From NCBI RefSeq assembly GCF_001447785.1, contig NW_015161405.1, positions 1,089,835 through 1,153,834 of the forward strand: a DNA stretch of 64,000 nucleotides, in the 5' to 3' direction. Positions 48,466 to 60,975 of this stretch are shown here, in pieces. Each line of letters opens with the position of its first letter. Within the stretch, counting starts at the first letter, position 1. The notes beneath the pieces are model-generated. The model saw only the letters and a program-made list of their open reading frames with translations. It made no database searches and had not been told where the DNA came from. The stretch comes from Gekko japonicus. Lineage: Eukaryota. Position numbers and translations under genes: made by a program.

Positions 48466-50688
48466 GCAGACTGGAGATTGACCAAACCAGGAAGTTTTCA
48501 GTCAAGCACTCAAGAAAAGGAGGGAAGCGGAATGAGGAAGTGAAATCTGCAAGCTCAGTAATCAAGTGGTGTTTCTGCCTGATGCCAACAAAGCTGCTTA
48601 ACTGGAGCTTGCAAAAATACCTGAATGTAACTACTGAGACTCTTTGGTTTGGGTGCTCAGTTCAGGTTTGTTGGTATGTTCAGAGTATATGAGTGGGAGA
48701 AAAACAGTCAATGAAGACAAGCCTGCCTGGCTTTTCTATATGTTTATTTTCAGGAGGTGGTCACTGCAATCTGCTGGGCACTAGCTTCTATGTTTTTTTA
48801 ACTATGATGGTAGGCATGCACAGAGAATGAGTTCTACATGTGAGAGACTGTCTCGTATAAGCACAAAAGCATGCATCTTAATTCATTCAGAGATATACTA
48901 TCAGAGGTTGGTTAACAGTATGATCCTTATCAGAAAAGACTGTGGGTCTGCAACCCTTCTTACATTTCTGGGCAGTAGTTATTTAGCAGAGATTTATAGG
49001 CCTGCTCAATGGTGCACTGAGAGGAGATGGAGACTTGCAATGCAATGAATCAGTAGCTTAAGGTCTTCCTTGAACATCACAGCTCTTGATGGCTTTTCTG
49101 TATGAAAATCTTCTATAAAATGTCCAGAATGTGTGTTATAAACTGACTTAGGAAATACAATAAAGTTGCAAGCTTTGGCAGGCTTCTAAACTAGATTTAT
49201 AGTCTAGTGAAATATGGAATTTCCATCATCCTTCTTCTAATCTCCCCAGTGACCTTTTTGTATGAGAAAGTTTATCAGCTCCTTCACACCAAGAAGAAGA
49301 AGAAGCAACTGCATGGAAATAAAAATCTTTGCATAATTGTGAAGATGTTTATATTTTGCACAATGTAATAGTTAAATAGTTAATGGGTTTTGAATTGATG
49401 GCTGACATTTTCTTTCTGTTAGGTGCCCAATGGTCTGCTGCTTGTGCTGCTGTTTTGCTGTGCATTGGTTGGCTTGACTGAATGAGCTTTATTGCATTGT
49501 ATGGGTGCATCTGGGAATCACATAACCCCAGAGCTTCCTTCCTTAAAGTTTTGCTGAACTGCAGGGTGGGCCAATCATATTCTTGGTAGCACAACAAAGT
49601 GTGTGCAGACCAAAATCCCACATCAACTTTGTGCTTGTTACCCTGTTTCCTTGTTGTTTTGGCCCAAATGAGTGTATTCTGCTATTTCTCTCTTTTCTTG
49701 CTTAACTGTGTATCTCTGGGAACTTTTTTTATTGGTCTCAGGAGTTGACAGATAAGAAAACATTCCTGCCCATGTCAAGATGCAGTTCTTTTGTTATGGG
49801 ATCATTTGCAGTGTAGACATCAATGGATTAATAGGGAAGAAATCAACCGAGCTTGTCTTGTACAATATAAATATTCAGTAGCAAATTCTAGGTGGTAGAC
49901 ATAATAGTATGAAGTAGAAGAATAAAACAAGAATCCAGTGGCACCTTAATGACTAACAAAATTTACTCCATCATAAGCCTTTGTGAGTCAGAGCCCACTT
50001 TATCAGGTGCATGAAGTGTTCGTTCATTCAGCAGATACATTTATCCTAAAATAAAATAAAAATAAAATAAAATGGGGGGGGGTAATGTTACAAGAAGAGA
50101 CTCATTTAAAACAGGATCCAGTCAGAGGATATCCATCCACTCAGACTGGGTGAGAGCATAGTTGAAGACTGTAATCCACACCCATAGCTTTCTATAGAGC
50201 TATTCTATGCTTGCTTGTGTCACAGAATGTTACAGATGCATGATGTGCACTCAGAACTTTCCTTGATATGGAAGAGAATGGGCAACCCCCAGCTTGCATA
50301 TACTGTTCCATGCTGGAGACACAGGGATCTTTTAAGTTGTAACCGGTGGACAGTGAACTAATCAATGTCTATAAGCCATTATAGCTAAATGACAAAACTT
50401 TCACATGCAAAGGAAGGAAACCTTACAGTATCAGGGGCCCGGCACAAATGGTTGGGGATGGCTATCAGCTCCATGCCCGGCTTGAGAGCTCAACATACAT
50501 GTGCAGCTAAGATCCTATTCGTTGCTTCAGCTCATTCTATGAAAGGGTAACAAGGGCGGGGGGGGGAGGTGTTCAGTTGCTTCTAATAAATTCCAAAACC
50601 TGTTTGCTTGCTCCCTTTAGAAAGACAACAGAGTCTCTCCCCCCTTCTTTTAAAGTCTAGTAATTGAAAACCTATCTTGTTCTTACAG

Positions 50689-50744
50689 AACGGTTTTGCT
50701 GTTGTAAGGCCCCCAGGCCATCATGCTGAAGAATCAACAGCCAT
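50689..50744 (+). CDS. HDAC9: HDAC9 56-nt exon, upstream copy (PPGHHA catalytic His pair)
   Basis: ttcttacag|AAC...GCCAT|gtaagt. Translates NGFAVVRPPGHHAEESTA(M). Identical to 52007-52062. Confidence 0.75.
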
Positions 50745-52006
50745 GTAAGTACCAGGGAATATTGCCCATCTTGGAGCACTGGGGTTACTGGCAATCACCT
50801 GCAATGTGCACGTCTCTGAGGAACTCTGTCAAGATGCAGTTCTTTTGTTATGGGATGGCCAAACATAAAATATATCTGGAATCATTTGCAGTGTAGACAT
50901 CAATGAATCAATAGGGAAGAAATCAACCGAGCTTGTCTTATCAACTTTGTGCTTGTTACCCTGTTTCCTTGTTGTTTTGGCCCAAATGAGTGTATTCTGC
51001 TATTTCTCTCTTTTCTTGCTTAACTGTGTATCTCTGGGAACTTTTTTTATTGGTCTCAGGAGTTGACAGATAAGAAAACATTCCTGCCCATGTCAAGATG
51101 CAGTTCTTTTGTTATGGGATCATTTGCAGTGTAGACATCAATGGATTAATAGGGAAGAAATCAACCGAGCTTGTCTTGTACAATATAAATATTCAGTAGC
51201 AAATTCTAGGTGGTAGACATAATAGTATGAAGTAGAAGAATAAAACAAGAATCCAGTGGCACCTTAATGACTAACAAAATTTACTCCATCATAAGCCTTT
51301 GTGAGTCAGAGCCCACTTCATCAGGTGCATGAAGTGTTCGTTCATTCAGCAGATACATTTATCCTAAAAGCAGCAAAAAATAAAATAAAATGGGGGGGGG
51401 TAATGTTACAAGAAGAGACTCATTTAAAACAGGATCCAGTCAGAGGATATCCATCCACTCAGACTGGGTGAGAGCATAGTTGAAGACTGTAATCCACACC
51501 CATAGCTTTCTATAGAGCTATTCTATGCTTGCTTGTGTCACAGAATGTTACAGATGCATGATGTGCACTCAGAACTTTCCTTGATATGGAAGAGAATGGG
51601 CAACCCCCAGCTTGCATATACTGTTCCATGCTGGAGACACAGGGATCTTTTAAGTTGTAACCAGTGGACAGTGAACTAATCAATGTCTATAAGCCATTAT
51701 AGCTAAATGACAAAACTTTCACATGCAAAGGAAGGAAACCTTACAGTATCAGGGGCCCGGCACAAATGGTTGGGGATGGCTATCAGCTCCATGCCCGGCT
51801 TGAGAGCTCAACATACATGTGCAGCTAAGATCCTATTCGTTGCTTCAGCTCATTCTATGAAAGGGTAACAAGGGCGGGGGGGGGAGGTGTTCAGTTGCTT
51901 CTAATAAATTCCAAAACCTGTTTGCTTGCTCCCTTTAGAAAGACAACAGAGTCTCTCCCCCCTTCTTTTAAAGTCTAGTAATTGAAAACCTATCTTGTTC
52001 TTACAG

Positions 52007-52062
52007 AACGGTTTTGCTGTTGTAAGGCCCCCAGGCCATCATGCTGAAGAATCAACAGCCAT
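52007..52062 (+). CDS. HDAC9: HDAC9 56-nt exon, downstream copy (phase 0-2)
   Basis: Same sequence and splice sites. Followed by a 258-nt intron and the next exon in the correct phase. Confidence 0.93.
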
Positions 52063-52320
52063 GTAAGTACCAGGGAATATTGCCCATCTTGGAGCACTGG
52101 GGTTACTGGCAATCACCTGCAATGTGCACGTCTCTGAGGAACTCTAATTGCTAGCAGATGACTGAAAAGGCTTTTGAGGTACTCCCAGAAGCAGATTTAT
52201 GCTCTCAGAGATCATACAGCTTTTTCAAACACACACACACACAAATGTCCAGAACATTATTTATAACTGTTTTCCTGACTGATGTGCTTTGTAAAATTTC
52301 TGTTCTTCTCTATTTCACAG

Positions 52321-52408
52321 GGGGTTCTGCTTTTTTAATTCGGTTGCAATTACTGCCAAATACTTGAGAGACAAGCTAAATATAGGCAAGATATTGATTG
52401 TAGATCTG
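52321..52408 (+). CDS. HDAC9: HDAC9 88-nt exon (phase 2-0)
   Basis: tatttcacag|G GGG TTC...CTG|gtatgt. Translates (M)GFCFFNSVAITAKYLRDKLNIGKILIVDL. Confidence 0.96.
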
Positions 52409-52718
52409 GTATGTATTCTTGGCAATCGTCATCATTTTAGTACTTCTAGATTTTAAAAGGGGGGGAGGGGGGAAGGTTTTGTATTTTTCTTTTATATGTC
52501 TGGGCTTTCCTGCCTTTAATACTTACAAGTAATAAAGGTGTGTGTTTCCTCTGAATTTGGGAACTCATTAAATCCAGGATGGCAGGACTGAAACCATAAA
52601 CATGTATGTTTCAATTTAATGGTGTTAACTGCAATTTAATGAGAAGAAGGCGCAGATCAGGGTGACTTTTATGGTCCTTAAATGAATTGATACTTCCACT
52701 GTTAAAATGACCCAACAA

Positions 52719-52776
52719 NNNNNNNNNNNNNNNNNNNNNNNNNNNNNNNNNNNNNNNNNNNNNNNNNNNNNNNNNN
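52719..52776. other. Assembly gap
   Basis: Run of N. Confidence 1.
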
Positions 52777-53914
52777 GGCCTTGGTAACCAGCTTGGCTTT
52801 CTTCCTTAAGCTGACATTAACTCAGCTAGTTGTGCAATCCTGACACCAGTGAAACAAATCAAGAAGATCTGGTTTTCAGAGAGCTTTCCAAATCCTGTAT
52901 GCCAGCATGGGATGACTCTGTGTAGAAAAACAGATTTAATAATGCAAACCTGGTGGATTAGATTTATCTTTTGCTCCATTCTAGAGTTTCAAACGAATGG
53001 ATTCTTCAAACACAGTTGTCATTTGGCCTGTTGTCTATACATTCTGCTTGTGAATAATGAATTGGAGCTTTGCCTCCTACTTAAGGTCCAGCCCCATCTA
53101 CAGCCTAAAGGAAAAGCCAAAGGTTGATTTATGAGCACCATTTTTGTTTTGCCTACACTTCGGGAGGAGGTGTAATAAGTTGTCTGAAAAAGCATAGACA
53201 GGAAATGAACCCTGGCATCCAAACCTAACCTGTTACATCTGCATTTAATTAATTTTTGCAGGTGATAAAAGATTTAAAGACAAAATATGGTCAAGTTTCT
53301 TTTTTAAAAAAATAGAGCTTAATAGTTTAAATTTTATCAATATCAGTACTCATAATTAAATCTTGTTGTGAAGTCATGGCCTTAAAATCCAGCATCTTTT
53401 CCAATTAAACAAGTATAGCAATAGTTAAAGGAGGTTCAAAGGATTCTACTGCCAGCAGTTTGTATCTGAAAGTAATAACTGAGAACAGTTTCCAGGCATC
53501 ATTTATTTCAACATTGTAATATGAATATGAACAAATGGACAGGAGAATTAGTGCAGATAGTTTTGTGAAGCTACTTTTGTTAAACAAAGTGGAAATCCTA
53601 CATTTAGTTAATTGCAAAGGCAACATAATAACAATAGCCATGGAGAGAAAAGCAATTGTTGTTACACCAGTGAACATACCCAATAACATGTTCATTCTGT
53701 TACCATGAAATCATTCTCTGTTGATGTCCGCACAAGAACCATACAGCAGAACAGCACAACCATACAGCACAAGTGGGCTGAAGGACAGCAACTGAGCCAT
53801 ATTGTTGGACTCTGCAGGGCTCCTCTTATTCAGAATTCCTTGGCAGCACAAACACATCAAACTGCCTCATACATGTGCATTCATTAGCCTATATATTTTT
53901 TTCATTCCATAAAC

Positions 53915-54493
53915 CATTGGGGAACCTTGGAAACTATTTAAAACTACGATTCTAGAAGCTCAAAAAAAAAAAATCCGCAGGTTAGGAAAGGCACAAACAG
54001 GTATGGGAAAAAGCCTGCATGGTTAACAAACAAAGTAATGGAAGCTGAAAAAGGTAAAAAGGATTCCTTTAAGTGGTGGAAAGCTAGTCACAGTGAGGCT
54101 GCTAAAACGGAACACAGGCTATGGCAAATAAAATGCAAGTCTGTAGTCAGGCAGGCAAAAAGGGAATACGAGGAGCATATAGCAAAAAGCGTAAAAACCA
54201 ACAATAAAACTTTCTTCAAATACATTACAAGCAGGAAACCAGCCAGGGAAGCAGTGGGGCCCTTAGATGACCAAGGGGTAAAAGGAGTACTGAAGGATGA
54301 TAGGGAAATGGCTGAGAAGCTAAATGCATTTTTTGCCTCCGTCTTCACTGTGGAAGATGAGAAGTGCTTGCCCACTCCAGAACCGCTGAGTTCGGGAGGG
54401 GTGTTGAAAGACCTGAGTCAGATTGAGGTGACGAGAGAGGAGGTCCTAAAACTGATAGACAACTTAAAAACTGAAAAATCACCAGGCCCAGAT
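53915..54493 (+). mobile_element. CR1 ORF2 internal fragment (EN-RT linker)
   Basis: KPAWL...VRQAKREYE...NNKTFFKYI...AEKLNAFFASVFT...KSPGPD. Confidence 0.9.
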
Positions 54494-54559
54494 AGCCTCC
54501 CCTCCCCTGAACAACAGGGCTCAGAGAATATCTGCCCCCCAAAAAACAGCCCCCCCAAA

Positions 54560-54820
54560 ATCCTGGCTTCATAAGTTCTGGAGATTTTACATCCTAATGT
54601 TAATAAAGATAGAATTATCCAAAACCTCTTAAATGACATCAACCCTGAAATTGCAGCTTTCATTGCTAAGTTTCTAGTTGAAGTGATTAAAATCAGATAC
54701 AGGCTTTTAAATGGAATTGTATGTATTTTAATTGTTTTTACTATATTTTAGTTTGTTGGGATAGTTATGATATGTATTTTACTATTCCCATTATGCCATT
54801 AAAGGTGACTGAACTGAACA
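54560..54820 (+). mobile_element. LINE 3' end (RTE-X-like)
   Basis: LLND...IAKFL...IR C-terminus, T-rich UTR, ATGCCATTAAAGG and a (CTGAA)n tail. Confidence 0.5.
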
Positions 54821-54959
54821 AATAGATGGCATATAAAAGGGCACAACCGCACAACCTCGAGCTCCTTATCCCGGGAGGGAGATAAATATCCTAAAATCTT
54901 CCTGATATGAAGGAAAGGGGAGGGGAAAGAGAAAGGGAGGGCAATTGAAGATAGAAGAG

Positions 54960-56960
54960 CCATTGCTGCCCTCAACCATAGGCGGAACTACTCCATCTTG
55001 CAGGTCCTGTGGAACTGCATCAGATCATGCACCCAGCAGACTGTTCCATCAGGTTGGAGCCAGGGCCAAAAAGCCAGGTTCTGGTTGAGGACAGCTGGAC
55101 ACTCTTAGGGCCAGGGATCACCAGTCAATTATCACTGGAGGATAGTGCTCTTTGGGGATGTACCAGGAGAGGTGGTCCCAAAGGTATGCTGGTCCCAGAC
55201 CATTTAGGCTTTGAAGATTACTTTGAACCTGATCCGGTATTTGACCTGGAGCCAGTGTAGCTGGCGGAGCACCAGTTGGATATGGGTTCTGGAAGAAGTT
55301 CCCGTAAGAACATGCAAAGCTGCATTCTAAACCAGCTGTAGTTTCCAGGTCAGTCTCAAGGGTAACCTTGCATAGAGTGAGTTAAAGTAATCTAAACTGG
55401 AGTTGACCGTTGCATGGATCACTGTGTCTAAGTCAGGGAGAGACAGGAAGGGGACCAATTGCTTAACCGGATGCAGGTGATAAAATGCCAGTTTAGCTAC
55501 ATTTGTGACCTGGGCCTCCATTGAGAGGAAGGCATCCAGAATCACAGCCAGACTCTTGACAGCTGGCACTGGTGTTAAAAGCACACCACGAAGAGCCCAG
55601 AGGACCTCCATCTTGGATTTAATTTCAGTGGGCTATGCTTTAACCAACCAACCACAGCCTCCAATCCCTCAGCCAAAATATATGGGGCAGCATTCGGCTG
55701 GCCACTAATCAACAGAGACAGCCGGGTGTCATCTGCATACTGGTGACACCCTTGCATGAAATTCCACACCACCTTGGCATTGGGGTGAATAAAGATGTTA
55801 AATAACATTGGGGAGAGGATTGCCCCTTGGGGGACACCTCATAAGTAATATCAACATGGTGAAACCCTCTCCCCTAGCACTACCCTTTGTCCCCAGTCTT
55901 GGAGAAATGAGACAAACCACATCAAAGCTGTCCCTTAAATCCCCACATTGGCAAGGTGGTGGATCAACAGATGTAATTGACTATGTCAAACATTGCTGAC
56001 AAGTCAAGTAATATCAGCAGCACTGACCCACCTAGATCCAGCAAAGGTCATCTGTGAGGGTGACCAGTGTCATCTCTGTCCCATGTCCAAAGTGTCATCA
56101 AGGAAAACCTGGAGCTGTTTTGCTGCCCCTCTCTCAACTACTTTGCCCAGGAACAATAAGTTTGATACTGGGCAGTAGTTGGACAAATCAGAAGGATCTA
56201 AGGATGGTTTCTTTAAAAGCAGTCTCTCCTGGAAGATCCTCAAACTCAGGTACAGATTTACAATGTCCATCAGGGGAGCCTGTATTCCATCACCACTGGC
56301 TTTTACCAGCCATGATAGACATGGGTCCAAGAGGCATGTGGTAGGCTTCACAGCTTCCAGGAGCCTATTGACATCAGCCCATGAGAGCCAGCTGAACTGG
56401 TCCAGTACCAGACCCAAAGATGAACCCAGTTCCTATACTGTATCAATATTGACAAGCAGGTCCTGGTGGTGTGACAAGACTTTATCCACAACAAAAGCTT
56501 GCAAAAACCTTACAGCTAATTATCAGATTACTAGTATTTGGGGTTTCCTCAGAGAGGAAAGTTAGTGACCTAATTATTCCAAATAGTTGTGCAGGGCAAG
56601 AGCTAGTGGATGCAATAGAGGCTGCATAAAATTCCTTCTTTGCAGCCTTCACTACCACCTCATAGGATTTCATAAACATTCTATAGGATGCTCTTGTAGC
56701 TTTGTCATGAATATGTTGCCAAACTTGCTCTAGCTGTCTAAGCTCCAGTTTCATCCTCTGAAGCTCCGCAGAATACCAAGGAGCTAGTTTGGAGCGGGGA
56801 TGAAGAGGGTGTTAGGGTGTTGGCTATGCCAATCATCTATCAGTACATCCAACGAATCGTCAGGGGACACTGGATGCTGCAGAGCATTCTGGAACTCAAT
56901 TGGGTCCATCAGTCTCTGCGGGCAAGCATAAATCAGCTCACCACCTGGGGGGGGGGGGGC
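54960..56960 (-). mobile_element. Decayed L2 LINE ORF2 fragment
   Basis: PTTCLLDPC, LLKKPSLDP..NYCPVSNLLFLGKVVE, MLFNIF, QYADDT, SSLDYFNSL. Confidence 0.92.
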
Positions 56961-57634
56961 TGGGATGCCCAGACAGGCCTTCAGCATGTGTGCACACACA
57001 CATGCACACACACACTTAATTGGAAAAGCTGATGGATGTTAAGTCCACGACTGCACAATAACATATATACACACAAAAATATATATACACACATGTACTC
57101 TTTTCCTTGGGGAAAAAGGGTTAAGAACAGCCAAGCAAATTAAATACATAGTGTGTACTCATGCAAACATACTCAGCATCTTTCCTGCAGCCTTGTAGGA
57201 CTAGTTGTGTTGTGGGCAACAGAGAGGCTGTTTTCTGAGCTTCAGTGATCTGAATTATAATGTCTGGAGTTAATTGTGTAAACCACTTTGAGCCCTCCTG
57301 AAGTCTGGCAGAAAAACAGACCAAAACCATCTTAATACAATTAAATAATTAATTAATTAATTAATATTAGAGTAAAGCACAGGAAACTGGCCCCCCATCT
57401 CATCTTGCCTGACCATGAAAGAGCATTTCTGGATTTTACTTATGCATACAAACAATAGGAGAGAGGCTCAAAAACATTTTATGTTGGGAATCAGCCTGAG
57501 CCTCACAAGAAAAATAAAGGTTATACCAAAATGTAGGCTATAAAAGGTAGACAGAAATTATTCCTATCCCTCAAGCAGGGGTGGTACATACCTAAGAATC
57601 AGTTCAGTGAGCCCTACACAAGTCCCTGTTGAAG

Positions 57635-57714
57635 CAAATTGAGACTGTGCTTCACCAAAACAGCAGGGGGTTGGACTAGATGGCCTGTATGGCCCCTTCC
57701 AATTCTATGATTCT
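57635..57714 (+). mobile_element. CR1 3' terminal stub
   Basis: GCAGGGGGTTGGACTAGATGGCCTGTATGGCCCCTTCCAATTCTATGATTCTA. Confidence 0.88.
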
Positions 57715-58684
57715 AAATCCCTGTTCAAGAATGAATTCACAAGGTAGTCTTAGGTAGTCATTATTCCCACGGCTCAACTTCCCTCCCTCACCCCCAGACA
57801 TCTGAAATGTAAGAATGATAATTCTGATCTAGCAGAGAAGGTTCTTTGGATGATTACTGAGATCATTTATGTGAAATTTTCTGAACACTTGGAAGAGCTG
57901 TTTTATTATCAGGAACTGGACCATGCAGAGTCTGACTGCAGCTCCATGTGATGCAGAGGATCATGCGGTGCAATACTAACCACTCTTCCAGGCAGTGATG
58001 CTCCAAGATCCCAGGCAGAGATGTTTCCCAGCCTTGATACTGGAGTCTCTAAGGAAAGGTCATAGGGTCTTATGGCTGTACCACTGAACTATGCCTCATC
58101 TTCTGTGGTTTATACTGTGGATTTGCATAGTCTGTTATGGGAATATCACACTGTGGGTGTGTTGGTGCAGTGGCCCAAGCTGTGCGCAGATTGGGGCCAG
58201 CCACCCTTGTCCGACAGCATGGGTTCCCAGCAAGATTCTGCCTACTGCCTTGCCCAGCGGACCACCTCCTGCCCTGACTTAAGTAGATGGCTTGCTATCC
58301 TCTTCATGCCACTGCTGTCATCCTCTGTCCAGCAGCTCCGGGCTAGCTCCTGGGTGGGAAAGGGGCACCTGCAGCTCCTGCCAGCTACACACACACACAC
58401 ACGCACACACACACCCTACAGAACTCTCAACAAATTGCTCACTAGGCTAATTTTAATGAGACAGGCAGAACATGGGACTAAATCCAACCATCTTCAATTA
58501 ATGCTGAGGAACCATTTTTTATTTAGGCTGGCTTCTGAGGGCTTGGGTTAAGAAAATACTTGTGAGAAGAGGGTCTCTTAGCTTTGAACTAGATTTTGTT
58601 TTGCTTGTGTGTTTTAATCTATCATATCTTTCTTGCGGCTTTATGAGGGACAGACTATATTTATATAAAGAATGAGAAATTATA

Positions 58685-60511
58685 GGACTTCCGGTTTATG
58701 GCGACATGCAGGCAGACACATCTCCCGGATGTCCCGAGGATGCAAACTGCACACCAACGTGTAGTAGGGGGTGCAACGGGTCGCGACCTCCCTGGAGCCG
58801 TGGTAAAAGGCTCCTAGACAGGCGGCTTTTGAGGGGTGACCTCTTCCATGGTGCAATGCTGGAGAATTGAGGCGCTCCTCCGCCCCGAAGGTCCTGCCGC
58901 TGAGTGACCGTATGGTACGAGTGCTGCTGACCAGGACAAGCATTGGAGATCAGGTGGAAAGAAACCGATGCCGAGCGAGGCCGGTTGGCCAACAATGAAC
59001 CATGAGTCAGGTTGAAGTGAACATGAAGATTTAAAAAGAAAGCTGCCCCCCTTAAAGAGCAACGGGAAGCGAGCAGGTGAGGGGCCCCTCCCAAACACAT
59101 AAACAAAAACATGGAATAAAGAGGGGGGAGTGGAAAAATAAGCATTTGAAACTGTTTTCAGAGACTTACCAGAGCGCAGATAAGCATTTGGGTGAAAATC
59201 AGAGACTTTAGCAACTTTGCGATAAGTAAACAAATCCCAAAAGATGGCGGGGAAGAAACCAGAGAAAGATAAACTTTTGAAAGCGAAACTAGTGGGTAGT
59301 CCTTGAACGGAAGAGGCCGCTGAGCTTTCAAAAATGTTGGCAGATTTCTTGCGCCCTCTGCTGGATGAGATGACTAATATTAAGCAACAACTATCAATAA
59401 TTGGTCAAAGCCTGGCTTCACAGCAGTTACAATTGACCCAATCCTTAAAAGCAATGGAGCAAATGGGAGAGAAGGTGAAGGAAATGGACGCCAATACTAA
59501 AACAGTCAAGAAAAAGGTGCAAAAGCTGGAAATGAAGCAAGCCATGGAAGAGTCTAAACTTTTGCAGCTGCAAATGGAGAAAGCCAATTTGGTCCTACGG
59601 TTTCAAGGGGTCCTGGAAATTAAAGGAGAGAATCTGAAGCAACGGCTGAGTGAAGCAATAGCCCCATTGACAGATTTGACAGCGAAATATCTTTACAGCG
59701 AGATGGATGTGGTCTATAGGTCCTATTCCTCATACATCAAGAAAAATAATCTGCCTGGGGAAATAGTAGTCAGATTCTTGAAGAGACATGTGAGAGATTC
59801 TATTCTGAAAGCAACCACAGGAACTCTCTTGAAAATTGGGGACAACAACATCAGGATTTTAAAAGACATTCCATTTGATATTAGACAGAAGAGAAAGAAT
59901 GATAAAGAACTAATCATATTTTTACAAATAGTTATAGATGGTTAATCCCAGAAGGCATCATTTTCAAACTGCACAACAAAAAAGAAAAGATTGACTCTGT
60001 TCTTAAGGCACGTGATTTTCTGAGAACACAGCTCGGGGAACCAGCTGAGGACGAGAAGGAAGAAGAAGAAAGCAAATCTGATGGCGAGTTAGGCTCGGGG
60101 TCTTCGGACGAGGACTCACCCTCTGAGAAGGGGCGGCTGCCCCCAAAAGTGCATACAAACTGAGGATTAGAAAAGAGAAGAATAAATAGTGGCTGAAGGA
60201 CTCTGATATGTGCCTGAAATCTGAAACTGATTTGGGATGCTCAGGGGGTTTCTCTAAGCAGTTAGAAGTATAGTTAAAAGATAATTAACTTAGCATAACC
60301 GACTATGTTAATTGTTTTATTGGCTTTTTTTTTTAAAAAAAAGAACATTGAGTTAAGCTGATGTAATGATCTCCTACTCTTGGGTTTTTAGTTAGTAGTG
60401 GGTCTTTTTTTCTTTCTCCTAGATGTAGTTCCCCTTCCCATATTTTCGGTTGTAGTTTGTAGTTTGTAAAAAAATCAATTAAAAATTCCCCTCAGGGGGA
60501 TAAAAAAAAAA
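58685..60511 (+). mobile_element. ORF1-only L1-derived element (HAL1 / half-L1-like)
   Basis: 5' GGACTTCCGGTTTATGGCG, CpG-rich UTR of about 560 bp, L1 ORF1, T-rich 3' UTR of about 340 bp, A tail, no ORF2. Confidence 0.82.
59244..60163 (+). pseudogene. L1-type ORF1p with acidic C-terminal extension; one in-frame stop and one frameshift
   Basis: ATG at 59244 is in frame with ORF 59334 across a TGA at codon 21. LRFQGV and PGEIVVRF motifs. After a frameshift near 59930 it reads YRWLIPEGIIF...EDEKEEEESKSDGELGSGSSDEDS...*. Confidence 0.85.
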
Positions 60512-60695
60512 GAGAGTGTTGGACTGATATATGGAAGACCCAGGTTCTAATCCCCACTTGTGCCATGGAAGTTCACTGGCCTGACCTATGCCTGTCGTTC
60601 CAAGAGCAGCGCCTGCGGCCTGTGACATTTTGAAACCAACTAGTCAGTATGATCCAATAACACCATACCAGAAACTGAAAACAGGAAAACCCAAG

Positions 60696-60975
60696 GAACA
60701 AAGTTTGAGTCCAGTGGCACCTTTAAAATCAATGAAGTTTTATTCAAACAAGATTTCTTTTTGCATCTCTTAAAACATTTCATTATAGTGTATGCTAATT
60801 TGCTATTCAACCTCTGCCTTATATGTATGGACTGGTAAATTCCATTTCACTGTGTCTGAGGAAGTGTGCATGCATACGATAGCTCATACCTTGAATAAAA
60901 CTTTGCTGGTCTTAAAGGTGCCACTGGACTCAAAACTGTGTTCTACTGCTCCAGACCAACACGACTACCCACCAG
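60696..60975. mobile_element. Penelope-like fragment with inverted terminal copy
   Basis: TTTGAGTCCAGTGGCACCTTTAA...AAGTTTTATTCAA (60696-60747) is inverted relative to TTGAATAAAACTT...TTAAAGGTGCCACTGGACTCAAA (60891-60943). Confidence 0.75.

Larger units (their letters stand above)
49622..52145. repeat. Near-identical tandem duplication (49622-50827 and 50940-52145) containing an HDAC9 exon, with a 112-bp variant spacer
   Basis: Offset 1318. Only a few differences: T/C, G/A and a short variant in an (AAAAT)n tract. Confidence 0.97.

Noticed and set aside
52145-52160. TWIST1-homeodomain 'Coordinator' composite motif
   Set aside because: TAATTG and CAGATG are separated by 4 non-A bases, which does not match the fixed A-rich spacer as I recall it. 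Kept only as generic motif clustering.
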